Positions 37,828 to 49,500 are shown, counted from the first letter of the stretch. The stretch: DNA of 57,432 nt from a virus (IMGVR_UViG_3300046787_000804:1-57432), one strand, 5' to 3'. The notes: generated by a model from the sequence alone, not told the origin. A program made the numbers and translations.

Positions 37828-38866
37828 CGTTCCCGGGCCCGGTTGATGGATTTACAGCGATGGCTGAATAATTTTGATCTCCGTGACTGAATGTCGCTTT
37901 CAAGTAGATCGGAAGCAGCACAAGAACTTTGCAGATGTCTCGATACTGATCGAACCCAAAGTCTTTTACACTCTTTCCCTTGATGACAAACCATTTGTCC
38001 CAGTGTGTGTAGCGTAAATTGGCACTCATCTTGAGTAGACGTGGATCTTCGTCGAAAGCGGTGACATGGCTAATGCCGTAATCTCCGTATATAAGGTTCT
38101 TGCCTTCCAGCGCTGAATCCAAGCGTGTCGCGAGGAATAATGCCCAGTCAGTACGTGGTATCTGATGCGTTCCCTTGGGGACACCGGCCAGATTGACGGG
38201 AAATGCGCCTGCAGCTAGAACGACGTTTCTCCAAGAATTCACGCCAAAGATGGCTTGCATAATCGCTGCATTGCGAGTTACTTGGACGGCCAGTTCAGCG
38301 TCGGTTACGAACGCAACGTCAATAACTACGTCAATTTCTGTTGGCTGAGCCTTGATCGAGGTGGCCGTGCTTAGGAGCCACTGGACTACTTCTGCAGGAT
38401 CGGGAGTCGGGTTATCTACGTCGATCACATAGCGCAGTACCCATCGTCTACGATTGGCTGCCGTCGAGGCGGCTATTAATGCAGCGATCTCTTGGGTACT
38501 AGCGTACGACGAAATGACAGGGACAGCTTGGACGTTGGCTGACCAGAGTTCTGCGAAGAGAAATTCCCAGACCGTAACCGCCGACTCAACTAGTTCGTCG
38601 GTTGATGTCAGGGGCTGGTCGAAAGCAATTTCGTGTTGAGTACCCCAGTGTTTGACGGTCGCTTTGACGACGTCGCGGATGTGCTTATCCCAGGTCTTTG
38701 TATATTTGTCCTTCGCCCAGTCGAATGGGCGATCCTGTAGTTCTGCGATGGGAAGAATCGATCCCTTTTGGGCGACAGAAAGAGGCTGAACAGCGGACTG
38801 CTCTCCAAGTTTCCATTTAAGGACAGGTACGTATGTGATTTGATTTTCTGGATCTACCAAGGCCAT
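37748..38866 (-). CDS. Beta-family (sce7725-like) protein
   Basis: YVPVLKWKLGE N-terminus, AGAFP, YGDYGI, ANLRYT, FSHGD, GNATHW...NHHI. Confidence 0.8.
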   Translation of the reverse strand: MALVDPENQITYVPVLKWKLGEQSAVQPLSVAQKGSILPIAELQDRPFDWAKDKYTKTWDKHIRDVVKATVKHWGTQHEIAFDQPLTSTDELVESAVTVWEFLFAELWSANVQAVPVISSYASTQEIAALIAASTAANRRRWVLRYVIDVDNPTPDPAEVVQWLLSTATSIKAQPTEIDVVIDVAFVTDAELAVQVTRNAAIMQAIFGVNSWRNVVLAAGAFPVNLAGVPKGTHQIPRTDWALFLATRLDSALEGKNLIYGDYGISHVTAFDEDPRLLKMSANLRYTHWDKWFVIKGKSVKDFGFDQYRDICKVLVLLPIYLKATFSHGDQNYSAIAVNPSTGPGNATHWRRDATNHHIHVVLHQVASLPLT

Positions 38867-38883
38867 CTCTCCATTTGTACTCT

Positions 38884-41568
38884 TTAAAGCAGCACCCTAA
38901 AGTTTCTCTTGTCGGCGTCGGACGATTTAAGAATTCGGTACTCCATCCCACTAGCCACAGCGATCTGCTGGGCGAAGTCTTTCTTGGCCTGCACCACAGC
39001 GTCCTCAATCTGGTTATCAGCCTTCACTTCGACAATTACGTACTTGAAGCTGCCATCTGGCTCTTCGCGCTGAAAGATGAAGTCGGGGTAGTAGCTGCGC
39101 ACGGTGTGCGAGTCTGGGTCAATGTACTGGATGAAGAAATCGGACTGGCCGTGGGTCAGCATCCCGGTGAAGTAGATCTTCCTCACCCGCTGCTCACGCA
39201 GCAGATCCCAGAACAGCCAGTTCTCCGAGCCAGAGTCGAAGCAGTAGGTGTCGAGATGGAAGCTCTTGGCCCGCTCCTCGTTATTGATCTGCGTATCGCT
39301 CATCCTGACGATCTTGTCCTTCGCCGCCGATACCTCGTAGTAGCCGTTCGGGGGCAACTTGATTAGATCGACCTCGTGCTCCTCGGTTTGCTGGGACTCG
39401 TCTAGGTCGTAGAGCTGGCGAAACAGGCGCGGGATGATCTCGTCGTACAGCAGCTCGTTGAACTCATTGGTGATGGCCACAAGTTCGTCGGGACCTTCCT
39501 TTGTCGCGTCGAGCAGTTCCTCGATCTCCAGCGGGCTTCGGTTCAGATAGCGGGACACCTCGGCAACCAGCGATAGCTGTGAGAAGGCTCGCTTTTCCCG
39601 GCGCGAGGTCAGGTCAAAGGTGCGACTACCGGAAGCGTGAGCCGCGTCGGTAGCGGTAAGTCCGTCCTGCTGCGTTTCAATCAGCCGGTACTTCTCGACC
39701 AGTTCACCCCACTTCTGCGCGTCAGCCCGTTCAGGCATCAATCCTTGTCCGGTCACCAACTGCTTCTCGCGCATCTGGTACTGCTTGCGCACGCGAACCA
39801 GCTTGATCTTGACCGGGGGCTCGACCACGCGAATTTCAACGCGCTCCTTGTCCTTGCCAGTCTTCTGCAGCTCGTCGGCGCTGATGCGGAAGTTTTGCTG
39901 CAATTCGTCGTTCAGCGTGTTGAGGTTATCGTCCGAAAGGAAGACGTGCCCGGTGTGCTGAGCCTGCCCGATGGCGCGTAGGCATCGCATCGTGGCCTGC
40001 AGCACGAACACCTTGGACTTGGGCTCGCGGAACAATCCCACTCCGAAAAGTGAGCGGCAGTTCCAGCCTTCGCGGCCTTTGTTGACCAACAGGATGAACT
40101 GCTTTTCCGACCCCTCAGTGTCCAGGCGGTTGAATTCTCGAATGTCGTCGTTGGTGGTGAGCTTTTCGTCGCCCACGTTGACCAGGATGCGCGATGTCGG
40201 GATACCGTGCTTAAGCAACGCACGTTCCACCGCTGGTCGCAGTTCACCAGTCAGCTCGTCGATGGTGGCCGCAAAGAAGGCCAGCTTGGGCAGTAACCCC
40301 TCTGGTCGCAATTCGCCAGATTCCTTTAGGAAATTCTCAATGGCGATGTCGACAAACTCATCTGTGCGAGTGTTGGAGTACCCGTGCAATGTCACCTTTT
40401 TGAGAAAGCCCTTGTCGATGGCCTCCTTCAGACCGTAGGCGTAGACCACTTCCGGCAAAACCTCGCGCCCCACATAGGGCGTGCCAGTGTAGTTGTAGCA
40501 AGCTACAACTCGAGTTCCCGCCGCGTTCAGGCTGGCGGCCAAGATGTCGATTGTCGTGCGCAGGCTGGTGTCGGTTTCCTTTGCCCCGACACCCATGTCC
40601 TTGGCTAGCGCCTTCCCGAAGGCGTGGTGAGCCTCGTCGACGAAGATGCCCAACTGCTCCAGGCGGCGCAGCTTTTCGAAGCGTTGATTGGTGGTGAGTT
40701 CGCCTTCTTCCTCGGGCTGATCGAAGTTGTAGAGATCGACGGCATCGGCATAGACACCGTTAGCAGCGATGGTTTCGCTGGGCGCACCGAACAGTTTGTC
40801 GACGGAGGTTTTTTCCTTGTGCTGGCGCTTGAGGATGATCTTCTGCGTATTGGAGACAATGATGTTGAAACGCGATCGATCCAGCGTATCCAGCGAGGTA
40901 CCTGCTTCTTCGAGGTAGTGGAAGCGCAGGTGCGTGGTCAGGAAGTTGACGTACTCCGGCGGCACGACACGGGTCATGTCGAAGGACTCGATTTCCTTCA
41001 GTGACTGCAACACCGTCTTGTCAGGAGCGAACACTAACGCGTTGTGGCAGTAGCGTGCGTCCTTCTCGAACTTATTACCCAGCAGGAACTCGTAGAAGAT
41101 GCAGGTCGCCATCAAGATGGTTTTGCCCGTGCCCATCGTCAGCGCGAAGATGTAATTCGGGTAGGCACGCGAGTTCTTGCGCATTGCTGCAAACACGGAC
41201 TTGTACTGATCCTGCGTGATCTTGTCGAACAGACCAACTTGTCCCGCTTTGCCAGAAACCACGCCACCCTCAGTACGTTCTGCGAAGCGACCTTGCTTTT
41301 CGAACCACTGTTGGAAGATTTCCTCAACCTTGGCGTTGCCGAGGAACTCCTTGAGAAAGATATAGGTTTCCAATGCTTCGAACTGTGGCTGGCGTAGGAA
41401 GGCCTTGGGGTTCTTCTCTGGGTTATTGAAGTCGAGGAACTTACGCGTTAGCTCCTTGTAGTGCGTGCGGATCGTGCCCCGGTTGGTTTGATAGAACTGC
41501 CAGAGAAACTGGAAGAAGGCAAAGTCGAGCGACGCGCTCACCGCCTTTGATGCGCGTTTAGTTGCCAT
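38884..41568 (-). CDS. res: Type III restriction enzyme Res subunit (SF2 helicase + C-terminal nuclease)
   Basis: TMGTGKT, DEAHH, REGWNC, Q..MR.LR, C-terminal YYPDF...VEVK. Confidence 0.85.
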   Translation of the reverse strand: MATKRASKAVSASLDFAFFQFLWQFYQTNRGTIRTHYKELTRKFLDFNNPEKNPKAFLRQPQFEALETYIFLKEFLGNAKVEEIFQQWFEKQGRFAERTEGGVVSGKAGQVGLFDKITQDQYKSVFAAMRKNSRAYPNYIFALTMGTGKTILMATCIFYEFLLGNKFEKDARYCHNALVFAPDKTVLQSLKEIESFDMTRVVPPEYVNFLTTHLRFHYLEEAGTSLDTLDRSRFNIIVSNTQKIILKRQHKEKTSVDKLFGAPSETIAANGVYADAVDLYNFDQPEEEGELTTNQRFEKLRRLEQLGIFVDEAHHAFGKALAKDMGVGAKETDTSLRTTIDILAASLNAAGTRVVACYNYTGTPYVGREVLPEVVYAYGLKEAIDKGFLKKVTLHGYSNTRTDEFVDIAIENFLKESGELRPEGLLPKLAFFAATIDELTGELRPAVERALLKHGIPTSRILVNVGDEKLTTNDDIREFNRLDTEGSEKQFILLVNKGREGWNCRSLFGVGLFREPKSKVFVLQATMRCLRAIGQAQHTGHVFLSDDNLNTLNDELQQNFRISADELQKTGKDKERVEIRVVEPPVKIKLVRVRKQYQMREKQLVTGQGLMPERADAQKWGELVEKYRLIETQQDGLTATDAAHASGSRTFDLTSRREKRAFSQLSLVAEVSRYLNRSPLEIEELLDATKEGPDELVAITNEFNELLYDEIIPRLFRQLYDLDESQQTEEHEVDLIKLPPNGYYEVSAAKDKIVRMSDTQINNEERAKSFHLDTYCFDSGSENWLFWDLLREQRVRKIYFTGMLTHGQSDFFIQYIDPDSHTVRSYYPDFIFQREEPDGSFKYVIVEVKADNQIEDAVVQAKKDFAQQIAVASGMEYRILKSSDADKRNFRVLL

Positions 41569-43345
41569 TAGCTACGCTCTCTTCCCACGACTCCGATAGC
41601 AGGTCGGTGATCTTCACGCGGATCGTGCCTACGTCGCCTGGTACCTTGTACACGCCTTTGACTATCTCATTTTTGCCAGGGATGTCCACCACTGCCGGTT
41701 GCAGCACCGCGCCATCGTAATTCCAGTCGATCAGGATTGATTCGACGAGCTCCTTCCAGTCCTCGACCGACTCTTTCTGCAGCGAAAGTTTCTGCAACAG
41801 ATTCATCGGGTAGAACTTCTCAATGGCCAGCTCGCCGTTCTTGATGGAAATCTTGGCCTGCGAGTCGCGCTTGAACTCCAGATTGGCCTTGTCGCGCAGA
41901 ATGTCCACAACCTCTACGTCTATTTTGAAGGGTTTGGCGGCCAGCTCTAGTTGCGCGGCCAAGTCTGGCTCATGGCCCATGCAGACTAGCGTGATTTTCT
42001 CGACCGGGCGATTTGGATTTTCGTTATGGCGGTTTTGCCACGCTTTCTGGTCGAAGTTGTGAGTCAGTTCATTCAGATCGGCTCGGGTGGCAATACGATT
42101 GACAGGCATGATCTTGACCATGCGCCCGTCCTTCTCGCCGTCGAAAACGGTACTGAATTCAAGCTTTTGCACTTCCAGGGCCTCGATTAACAGTTCTTTG
42201 GCTTGAACAGGGTTGCGGAAGATGTCGTAGTGATTAACGTTGTGTAGCTCCAAGCCAGTAAATGTTCTTTGCTCGGAAATTTCCGGTTGCAAAGCGAGCT
42301 GCTTGGCAAGTGTCATTAGACGCTTCGTTGATATCTGAATTGCGCCGAGATTTATATCGGCACCAATAAACCGACGACCAAGCTTCATCGCAGCAGCCTG
42401 AAGGACGCCAGACCCCATGAAGCAATCGAATACTAATCCTCCAGGTCTCGAACTGGCAGATACGATTCTTTCTAATAGCGGTAGAGGCTTTTCTGTTGGA
42501 TACCCAACCCGTTTTATTCCATCAAGTGGGTAACGACCAGCAATTGCAAAAATCCAGTGACTCTCCGGAATTTTTCCCTCGGGTATCTCATACTCGCCAG
42601 CAATAAAGCCAGATCCTTTCAGTCCATCTTTGAAGTTGCCCAGCGTCTTGTCGTCGTGCGGAACCCTAACAGAGTCGGCATTAAATATCCATTCAGACGG
42701 ACTCTTCGAGTACCAAAGGATCGTGTCATGCTTTCGGTTGAACTGTCTCATGCCTGGCGATCCGGGCCCGTAATAACACCATGCGATTTCATTGCGAAAG
42801 CAGGTTGCGCCAAATATCTCGTCAAGCATGCATCTCAAATGATGGGATTTGTGCCAATCACAGTGCAGGTATATAGATCCCTCCGGTGAGAGTAGCTCTC
42901 GGATCAGAACTAATCGTTCGTACATGAACTGCAGATATTCATCATTTGTCCAAATGTCGGAATATTGCTTTTCTTCAAAGGTGCTTTGATCGCCGCTAAC
43001 GTTGCTCCCTTTCAAAGAAATCGTCTTTTTGTATTCCGCCTTGGAATCAAATGGGGGATCAATGTACACAAGATCAAATTGCCCACGGAAATTCTTTAGT
43101 AGATGACTCATCACCTGAAGGTTGTCGCCCCAGAAGATCTTGTTTCGCCAGCCATCCACCTCTTCGCCGTGCACCTCCTTCAACTGTGCTGGGTAATATT
43201 GCGTCGAGCTAAACGGGCGCTTGCCGCGCCAATTGAGCATTGGGTAGCCTTTGATCGGCTCGAATTCGTATTTCTCAACGTTGGTACTGCTGCCATCGGG
43301 CGTGGCCAGTTGCAGGCTTTCCTGCGCGGGAGTGTTTTTGCTCAT
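41558..43345 (-). CDS. mod: Type III Mod DNA methyltransferase
   Basis: WGDNL, YIDPPF, YPTEKP, DCFMGSG motifs; overlaps res. Confidence 0.9.
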   Translation of the reverse strand: MSKNTPAQESLQLATPDGSSTNVEKYEFEPIKGYPMLNWRGKRPFSSTQYYPAQLKEVHGEEVDGWRNKIFWGDNLQVMSHLLKNFRGQFDLVYIDPPFDSKAEYKKTISLKGSNVSGDQSTFEEKQYSDIWTNDEYLQFMYERLVLIRELLSPEGSIYLHCDWHKSHHLRCMLDEIFGATCFRNEIAWCYYGPGSPGMRQFNRKHDTILWYSKSPSEWIFNADSVRVPHDDKTLGNFKDGLKGSGFIAGEYEIPEGKIPESHWIFAIAGRYPLDGIKRVGYPTEKPLPLLERIVSASSRPGGLVFDCFMGSGVLQAAAMKLGRRFIGADINLGAIQISTKRLMTLAKQLALQPEISEQRTFTGLELHNVNHYDIFRNPVQAKELLIEALEVQKLEFSTVFDGEKDGRMVKIMPVNRIATRADLNELTHNFDQKAWQNRHNENPNRPVEKITLVCMGHEPDLAAQLELAAKPFKIDVEVVDILRDKANLEFKRDSQAKISIKNGELAIEKFYPMNLLQKLSLQKESVEDWKELVESILIDWNYDGAVLQPAVVDIPGKNEIVKGVYKVPGDVGTIRVKITDLLSESWEESVANGN

Positions 43346-46260
43346 CAGTTGTTTTTCCTAAATTTCCAATTCTTATTGTCACAGTAAGCGCGCATGTCAC
43401 AGTTCTGACATTGCTTGACTGGGCGCGCCGCGATTTGATAGTCTTGCCGCTCGATACGCGCCACGATATCGTCGAAGCGCGCGATAGTTTTGCCGATGGC
43501 GCGGTCGTCCTTGGTAAACGACACGTAGGGATTACCGCCGTCCTCGCCGGTGTAGTACAGGTGCATCCGACTGACCTTCTGGCCGGTGCGCTCTTCGACG
43601 AGGTGGGCGTACACCTCCAACTGGTGCTGGTATTGACGTAGACGATCCCGGTCCTTTTCCATGTCGGGCTTCTTTTCAGACTTGAAGTCGATGATCTCGA
43701 CGGTGTCGTGCTCACCTCGAATCAGGTCGACGCTGCCCTTGAGAATGTACTGATCTTTGATGAGCGAGATCTCGACCTCGGCCTCCTTGATTCGATCCCA
43801 GTCATCTTTTTCACGCTCGTAGTAGCCTAAGACGTGTTTCTCTACCGCCTTGAGCGTTTGGGGTGCGAGGTATTGCCGTTCTCGTTTGGAGAGGTACTGG
43901 TAGTTGATGTTCAACCACGCCTGAATCTGATCGAGTGTGACCGTGGATTCTTCTCCTCGCAAGACGGCCTTGTGAATGTCTTCAATGGTTTGATGTACCA
44001 AGGTACCGAACAACTGAGCGCCAGCACGGATAGGATTGAATTCCAGTTCTTTGAAAAATCGGTATTGTTCGGCGCAATTTTCGAACACCGTGATGTGCGA
44101 GGTGAACGAGTACTCGCGCTTGAGATTGATCTGCTTGACGGCCTCGAGGGTCAACGCCGACAGATCAACGTCACGCCAACTAGGTAGTTCGTAAAACAGG
44201 CGCTCGAAGTATTTGGACGGCGATTTGCCGCGTCCCTGTTTTTCTTGGGCAGCCAGTACCAACAGATTTTGGGCGCGGGAGAAGGCTGTGTAGAACAGTC
44301 GCCAGAAATCGAAGTTCTTGATGTGGTCAAGCGGTTCGAAGCGTTCCTTGGACAAGTAGCCGCCGTCTTCCAACAGTACATCAAGCGCGCCGTACTGCTT
44401 GCGTGGCACCGCTTCCAGCGAACCGCACATCACGACCGGAAACTCCAGCCCCTTGGACTGGTGAATGGTCAGGAACGAGACGCAGCCCTTGGGCGCGTAC
44501 TCGGCCTCATCCTCGTACTCGCCGATGCCACCATCCTGCAAGAAGCGCAGGAACTGGTTGAACAAGTCGCGCAGATTTTTTTCCAGCCATTCCGGATTGA
44601 GCACGCTGACAAAGTGTAGGTACTCGAACTTGGTGAGCAACTTGGAGAAAGTGCCAAGGTTGCGCGCGGCACGCCCCTTATCCACGCCTTGCACGGCCTC
44701 CTCAGTGAGGAAGCGCGAGAACAGCGGGAACTGCAGCAACTGATAGAACAGGCCGGAGAAGGAGTAGTCGGTGTTTTGCGTCAACACGGCGTGGCGTTTG
44801 GCCAGCGGGCGTGCCCAGTCCAGCAGCGGCTTGTTTTCCGGCTTGCGCAGTTCATCGATGAAGGGTTTGAAGCACTGGTGATCGTAGTAGTCCCAGATGG
44901 GCAGCGAGACGCCTTCGGCCCATGCCCGCACTTTGGGAAACTGAGGGAACAGGAAGATCAGTGCGCCGATCATTAGGCGAATTTCCTCGCGATCGAAAAA
45001 CATGTTCGAGCGGGGCGAGAAGACGGGGACGCCCTGCTCTTCGAGGAAGCATGCCAGCGCCACGACCTTGTCGTTCTTGACCGAGCGGAACAAGAAGGCC
45101 ACCTGATTCCAGTCCGCGAGCTGGCCCGAGGACTTCAGGCCATTGAGGAAGGCCAACACCTCGGCGTGCCAATTGGTGGTGTCATCCTTGTCATCACTGG
45201 CCGCCAGTCGCACCGCCGTCGGTAGATCAGGAAAATCATCTTCGCGTGGGACGATCTGCTTGGCAAAGCGAAACACACGCGTGCCGTCGTCCCATACCTG
45301 CTCCTTCATCCACTCGTTGTAGAGGCGGATGATGTCCGGGTGTGAGCGATAGTTGACGGTCAGTTTGACCTGCTTACATTGCCCGTCGTTGAACAGTGCC
45401 GGGAACTCCAAAATGTTGCGAATAGTGGCCCCGCGAAAACGGTACAAGCCCTGGTCGTCGTCGCCCACCACGCACAGATTGCGGTGCTCGCCCGCCAGCA
45501 GCAGAAGAATCCGTTCCTGAATGGTGTTGGTGTCCTGGTACTCGTCCACCATCAGGTGCGTGAGTTTTTCGCGCAGTTGCGCCAAAACCTCGGGGCGCTT
45601 TTCCAGCAACTGCAGGGCCTCGTATTGGATGCCAGAAAAATCCAGAGAGTTGTGCTCGTTCAACAGTTCTTGATACTTAGCGAAGCAAGTGGCCAGTGCG
45701 CGGATTTCTGGCTCGGGAGCAGCCACCAGCGTGGCTGCGTCAAGCGCTTCTTCGCTGACCTTGTTGAGCCACTTGAGCAAGTTCTCCGACTGGGTCCAGC
45801 GGCCTGTCTGGTCGTCGCCCATGACTAGCTCGGCGTCCGGCAATCCACGGAAGTCTTTGATGTGTTGGTACAGGAAGTACTGCTGATCGAATTGGTCAAA
45901 CAGCGTGAAGCTGCGTTTGAGCCGGGTGAATTCGCGGTAGTCTTCCAGCAGCCGCAGGCAGATGGAATGGAACGTGCCGAGATACATCTCGTTCAGGTTG
46001 AACTGGATGTTCAACTCGGCGAGCCGGTTAGAGATGCGGGTTGTGAGCTCGCGCGCAGCTTTGTCGGTGAAGGTGACGACCAGCAGTGATTCGGGGGCGA
46101 CTCCCTTGTGTGTGATGAGATAGACGATCCGCTCGACCAGCGTGAAGGTTTTTCCCGATCCGGGCCCCGCGATGATGAGCACTGGGCCATCGGTGGCCAG
46201 AATGGCCTCAAGCTGCTGAGGATTGGCCTTGGACTGGAGTGCGGTTGCGTTCGCGCTCAT
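43345..46260 (-). CDS. UvrD-like SF1 helicase with C-terminal PD-(D/E)XK nuclease
   Basis: AGPGSGKT, VDEYQD, GDDDQ..YRFRGA, NYRS, TIHQSKGLEF; C-terminal GSVD...IDFK...Q..Y and CQNCDMRAYC. Confidence 0.9.
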   Translation of the reverse strand: MSANATALQSKANPQQLEAILATDGPVLIIAGPGSGKTFTLVERIVYLITHKGVAPESLLVVTFTDKAARELTTRISNRLAELNIQFNLNEMYLGTFHSICLRLLEDYREFTRLKRSFTLFDQFDQQYFLYQHIKDFRGLPDAELVMGDDQTGRWTQSENLLKWLNKVSEEALDAATLVAAPEPEIRALATCFAKYQELLNEHNSLDFSGIQYEALQLLEKRPEVLAQLREKLTHLMVDEYQDTNTIQERILLLLAGEHRNLCVVGDDDQGLYRFRGATIRNILEFPALFNDGQCKQVKLTVNYRSHPDIIRLYNEWMKEQVWDDGTRVFRFAKQIVPREDDFPDLPTAVRLAASDDKDDTTNWHAEVLAFLNGLKSSGQLADWNQVAFLFRSVKNDKVVALACFLEEQGVPVFSPRSNMFFDREEIRLMIGALIFLFPQFPKVRAWAEGVSLPIWDYYDHQCFKPFIDELRKPENKPLLDWARPLAKRHAVLTQNTDYSFSGLFYQLLQFPLFSRFLTEEAVQGVDKGRAARNLGTFSKLLTKFEYLHFVSVLNPEWLEKNLRDLFNQFLRFLQDGGIGEYEDEAEYAPKGCVSFLTIHQSKGLEFPVVMCGSLEAVPRKQYGALDVLLEDGGYLSKERFEPLDHIKNFDFWRLFYTAFSRAQNLLVLAAQEKQGRGKSPSKYFERLFYELPSWRDVDLSALTLEAVKQINLKREYSFTSHITVFENCAEQYRFFKELEFNPIRAGAQLFGTLVHQTIEDIHKAVLRGEESTVTLDQIQAWLNINYQYLSKRERQYLAPQTLKAVEKHVLGYYEREKDDWDRIKEAEVEISLIKDQYILKGSVDLIRGEHDTVEIIDFKSEKKPDMEKDRDRLRQYQHQLEVYAHLVEERTGQKVSRMHLYYTGEDGGNPYVSFTKDDRAIGKTIARFDDIVARIERQDYQIAARPVKQCQNCDMRAYCDNKNWKFRKNN

Positions 46261-46469
46261 TCCACCCCCTCGTTGCCATCCACAGTCGTCTTGCTGATGC
46301 TGCTGGCGATCCACTGCTTCAGATCGCTCTGCCTGAAGCGCCATGTCCCTCCGAGCTTAAAGGCAGGGAGTTTGCCACTGGCGGTCAGACGATAGACCGT
46401 GCGTTTGCTTGCCTTCAGATAAGCAGCAACCTCATCAATCGTGAGGATCTCGTCCGGTTGGTCGCTCAT
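46257..46469 (-). CDS. Excisionase-type HTH regulator (resembles MADS1-like HTH)
   Basis: ILTIDEVAAYLKASKRTVYRL..GKLPAFKLGGTWRF; ATGA coupling to the helicase. Confidence 0.8.
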   Translation of the reverse strand: MSDQPDEILTIDEVAAYLKASKRTVYRLTASGKLPAFKLGGTWRFRQSDLKQWIASSISKTTVDGNEGVE

Positions 46470-46567
46470 CAGCCTTCCCATGTCATTTGCACCGATCTTG
46501 GTTCGTTCTATATCTTGTCATAATATTCTGAAATTGAGCAAGCTTGGGCAAACTTGGCATTAATTAG

Positions 46568-49500
46568 ATGCCGGACCGTGAGGGGGCGATGGTGGCATCG
46601 AACTACGAGGCGATCTGCGAAGAAAATCAGCGGCGCTATGGCACTGACATCGGTCGGATTGGCCCGATGCTGCTCGCCGACCGCTACGACGATAGGACGC
46701 ACTTCATTTTTGAACTGCTTCAGAATGCGGAGGATGCGCTCAGTCGACGGGGTGATGCGTCCGGGCCGCGCAAGGTCACTTTCGAATTGGCCCCGACCCG
46801 GTTGTCTCTTTCCCACTTCGGCAGGCCGTTCGACGAGGCCGATGTGCGAGGCGTGTGTGGCATTGCCGAAAGCACCAAGGACAAGTTCTCCATTGGTCGG
46901 TTCGGTATCGGTTTCAAGTCCGTCTATACATTCACCGACTGTCCTGAGATTCATTCCGGCGAAGAGGATTTCGCCATCAAGGACTACGTGCAGCCACGGC
47001 GGGCAGCTCGAACGGAACGCGAGGCGGGTGAAACGCAAATTGTCCTCCCGCTCAAGGCTGGCGACGACACCGCGCAGGAGGAAATAACGGCAGGGTTCCG
47101 ACATCTGGGCCCCGGCGCACTATTGTTCTTGAGGCACATCGAAGAGATCAACTGGAGCGTCAAGGGTGGTGCGTCCGGGTTTTACCTGCGCAATAGCCCT
47201 GAAGCGTTCGGAAACAACGTCCATCGCATCACGGTGATCGGCCAAGAGAGTGGAAAAACCGAAGTTGATCAGAACTGGCTGGTGTTTCACCGCGAAATGT
47301 TCTCGGATACGCAAGATGCTGTCGGTCGCGTTGAGATAGCGTTTTCGCTGGTCGCGGTCAAAGACCAACCAGGTCGCTGGGTGGTTCAGCCAGTGGCTTC
47401 GTCGCCTCTGGTGGTGTTCTTCCCGACAGTCGTGCAGACCAATCTCGGCTTTCTTGTGCAGGGGCCGTATCGCACGACACCCAGTCGCGACAATATTCCA
47501 CGCGGAGAGCCTTGGAATCAGCATCTGGTCAAGGAAACATCCAGCCTGCTGGTGGATGCACTGCGTTGGTTGCGAGACAACGCGATGCTGGACACCTCAG
47601 CTTTGCGTTGTTTGCCTCTTGATCGAGACAAATTTCCCGCAGATGCGATGTTCGCTCCCATTTTCGAGGGCGTTCGGCAGGCCCTGTTGAGTGAGCCGCT
47701 ACTGCCGCGCTTTGACGGTGGTTTTGTGCCAGCCTCCCAAGCGAAACTGGCGCGTACGCAGGAGTTGCGTGATCTGCTTAATCCGGGGCAGATTGAGGCG
47801 GTGTTCGGCTCCAAGGCCTCGGCGTGGCTGACTGGTGCCATTACCCCGGACAGGCAGCCGGAGATTCGCTCCTACCTGATGCAGGAACTGAACGTTGTCG
47901 AGGTGACGCCAGCCACGCTTGTTCCGCGTTTGACCAAGTCCTTTCTCGAAGCCCAATCCGACGATTGGGTGGGGCGACTCTACGAGTTTTTGAATGGCCA
48001 AGAAGCCGCCTTGCGCCGCAGTCTTGACAAGATTCCCTTGGTCCGCCTCGAAGATGGAACTCACGTCGTTGCTCGCGAGAATGGGGTGGCCAAAGCCTTC
48101 CTGCCAAGCGCCATCAAAACCGGCTTTCCAACGATTCGCCCTGCAGTGTGCGCGTCGGAAGACGCGGAAAACTTTCTCCGTGCACTCGGCATCACTGCTC
48201 CCGATCAAGTCGATGACGTGGTGTTGAACCTGTTGCCGAAGTACCGACAAGAGACGGTCTCGGTCAACGAAAAGGACTACGCAGCTGACATTGAGCGCAT
48301 TCGTAAAGCGTTCAACACCGACTCGAAAACCCAACGAGAAAGACTGATTGCCGCGTTGCGCACCACACCTTTCGTAATGGTGGTCGACGCCAGCGACGGC
48401 AAGGGATACATCGCCAAACCAGGAGAAATTTACCTTGCCACAGATCGTCTGAAGCAGCTTTTTGCAGGCGTTCCGGACGTTCTCATCGTTGATGACACGT
48501 ACGATTGCCTGCGCGGCGAGAGCTTGCGCGAGTTGCTGGAAGCGTGCGGTGCCGTCCGATACCCGCGCCCCGAGGAGGACCCGCATGCGCTCACACGAGA
48601 CGAGCGCGCTGAGCTCCGGCGACAGACGGGCCACGTAGAGACGTCAGGCATCAATGATCGTGTTGTGGATTGGGTGCTTCAAGGTTTTAGTGAGCTGATT
48701 GCCATGTTGCCAAAGCTCGCACCCGAGAAACGTGCCGAGCGCGCTCGCTTAATTTGGGAAAGTCTGGGCGATCTTGAGGAACGTCGAGGGCGCGGTATTT
48801 TTGAAGGCTCATACAGCTGGTCGCACTACGGTGACCGCAGGACGCCTCCTTTTCCGGCTGCTTTCCTTCGTCAGTTGAACAAGGAGGCTTGGGTGCCGGA
48901 TGTCAATGGCGATCTCGTTTCGCCGAATCTTCTGGTGTTCGACACTCTTGATTGGAAGCCCAACCTCTTCTTGCTGTCCAAGCTCGCATTTAAGCCACCA
49001 ATCATCGACCAGCTGGCCAAAGAAGCTGGTATCGATCCTGCTGCCCTTGATTTGCTTCGAAAGCTCGGCATTACCAGTGTGGCTGATCTGACCTCTCGGC
49101 TTGGTATCACTGGCGGATCTCCAGAGGATGAAACTTCTACAGAGGATGCGCCGTCTGATGACGTGTTGGTTGAAGATGATGCGGACGACGCCAAGCCAAC
49201 TGGTGAGGATGTCTACGACGACGCGAAGGAGCTGTATGGCGAGGGCATGCCAGACATTCCTCAGGGTACGCACGACCCGGACGGCGGCGACGGCATAACG
49301 ACTGGTTCAGGTCGTAGTGGCCACGGCGGTACTGGTACTGGAACGCCACGTGGTGGCGGTCAGGGCAACGGCGGGGTGCGCGGCGGTGGCTCTGGCGGTC
49401 ACACTGATGGTGGTGGCAAGAGCAACGAAGCCAGCAGCGGAAGACATGGACAGCGAACGCCAGGCTCGGCGGGTGGGAGACCGTTCATTTCCTATCTTGG

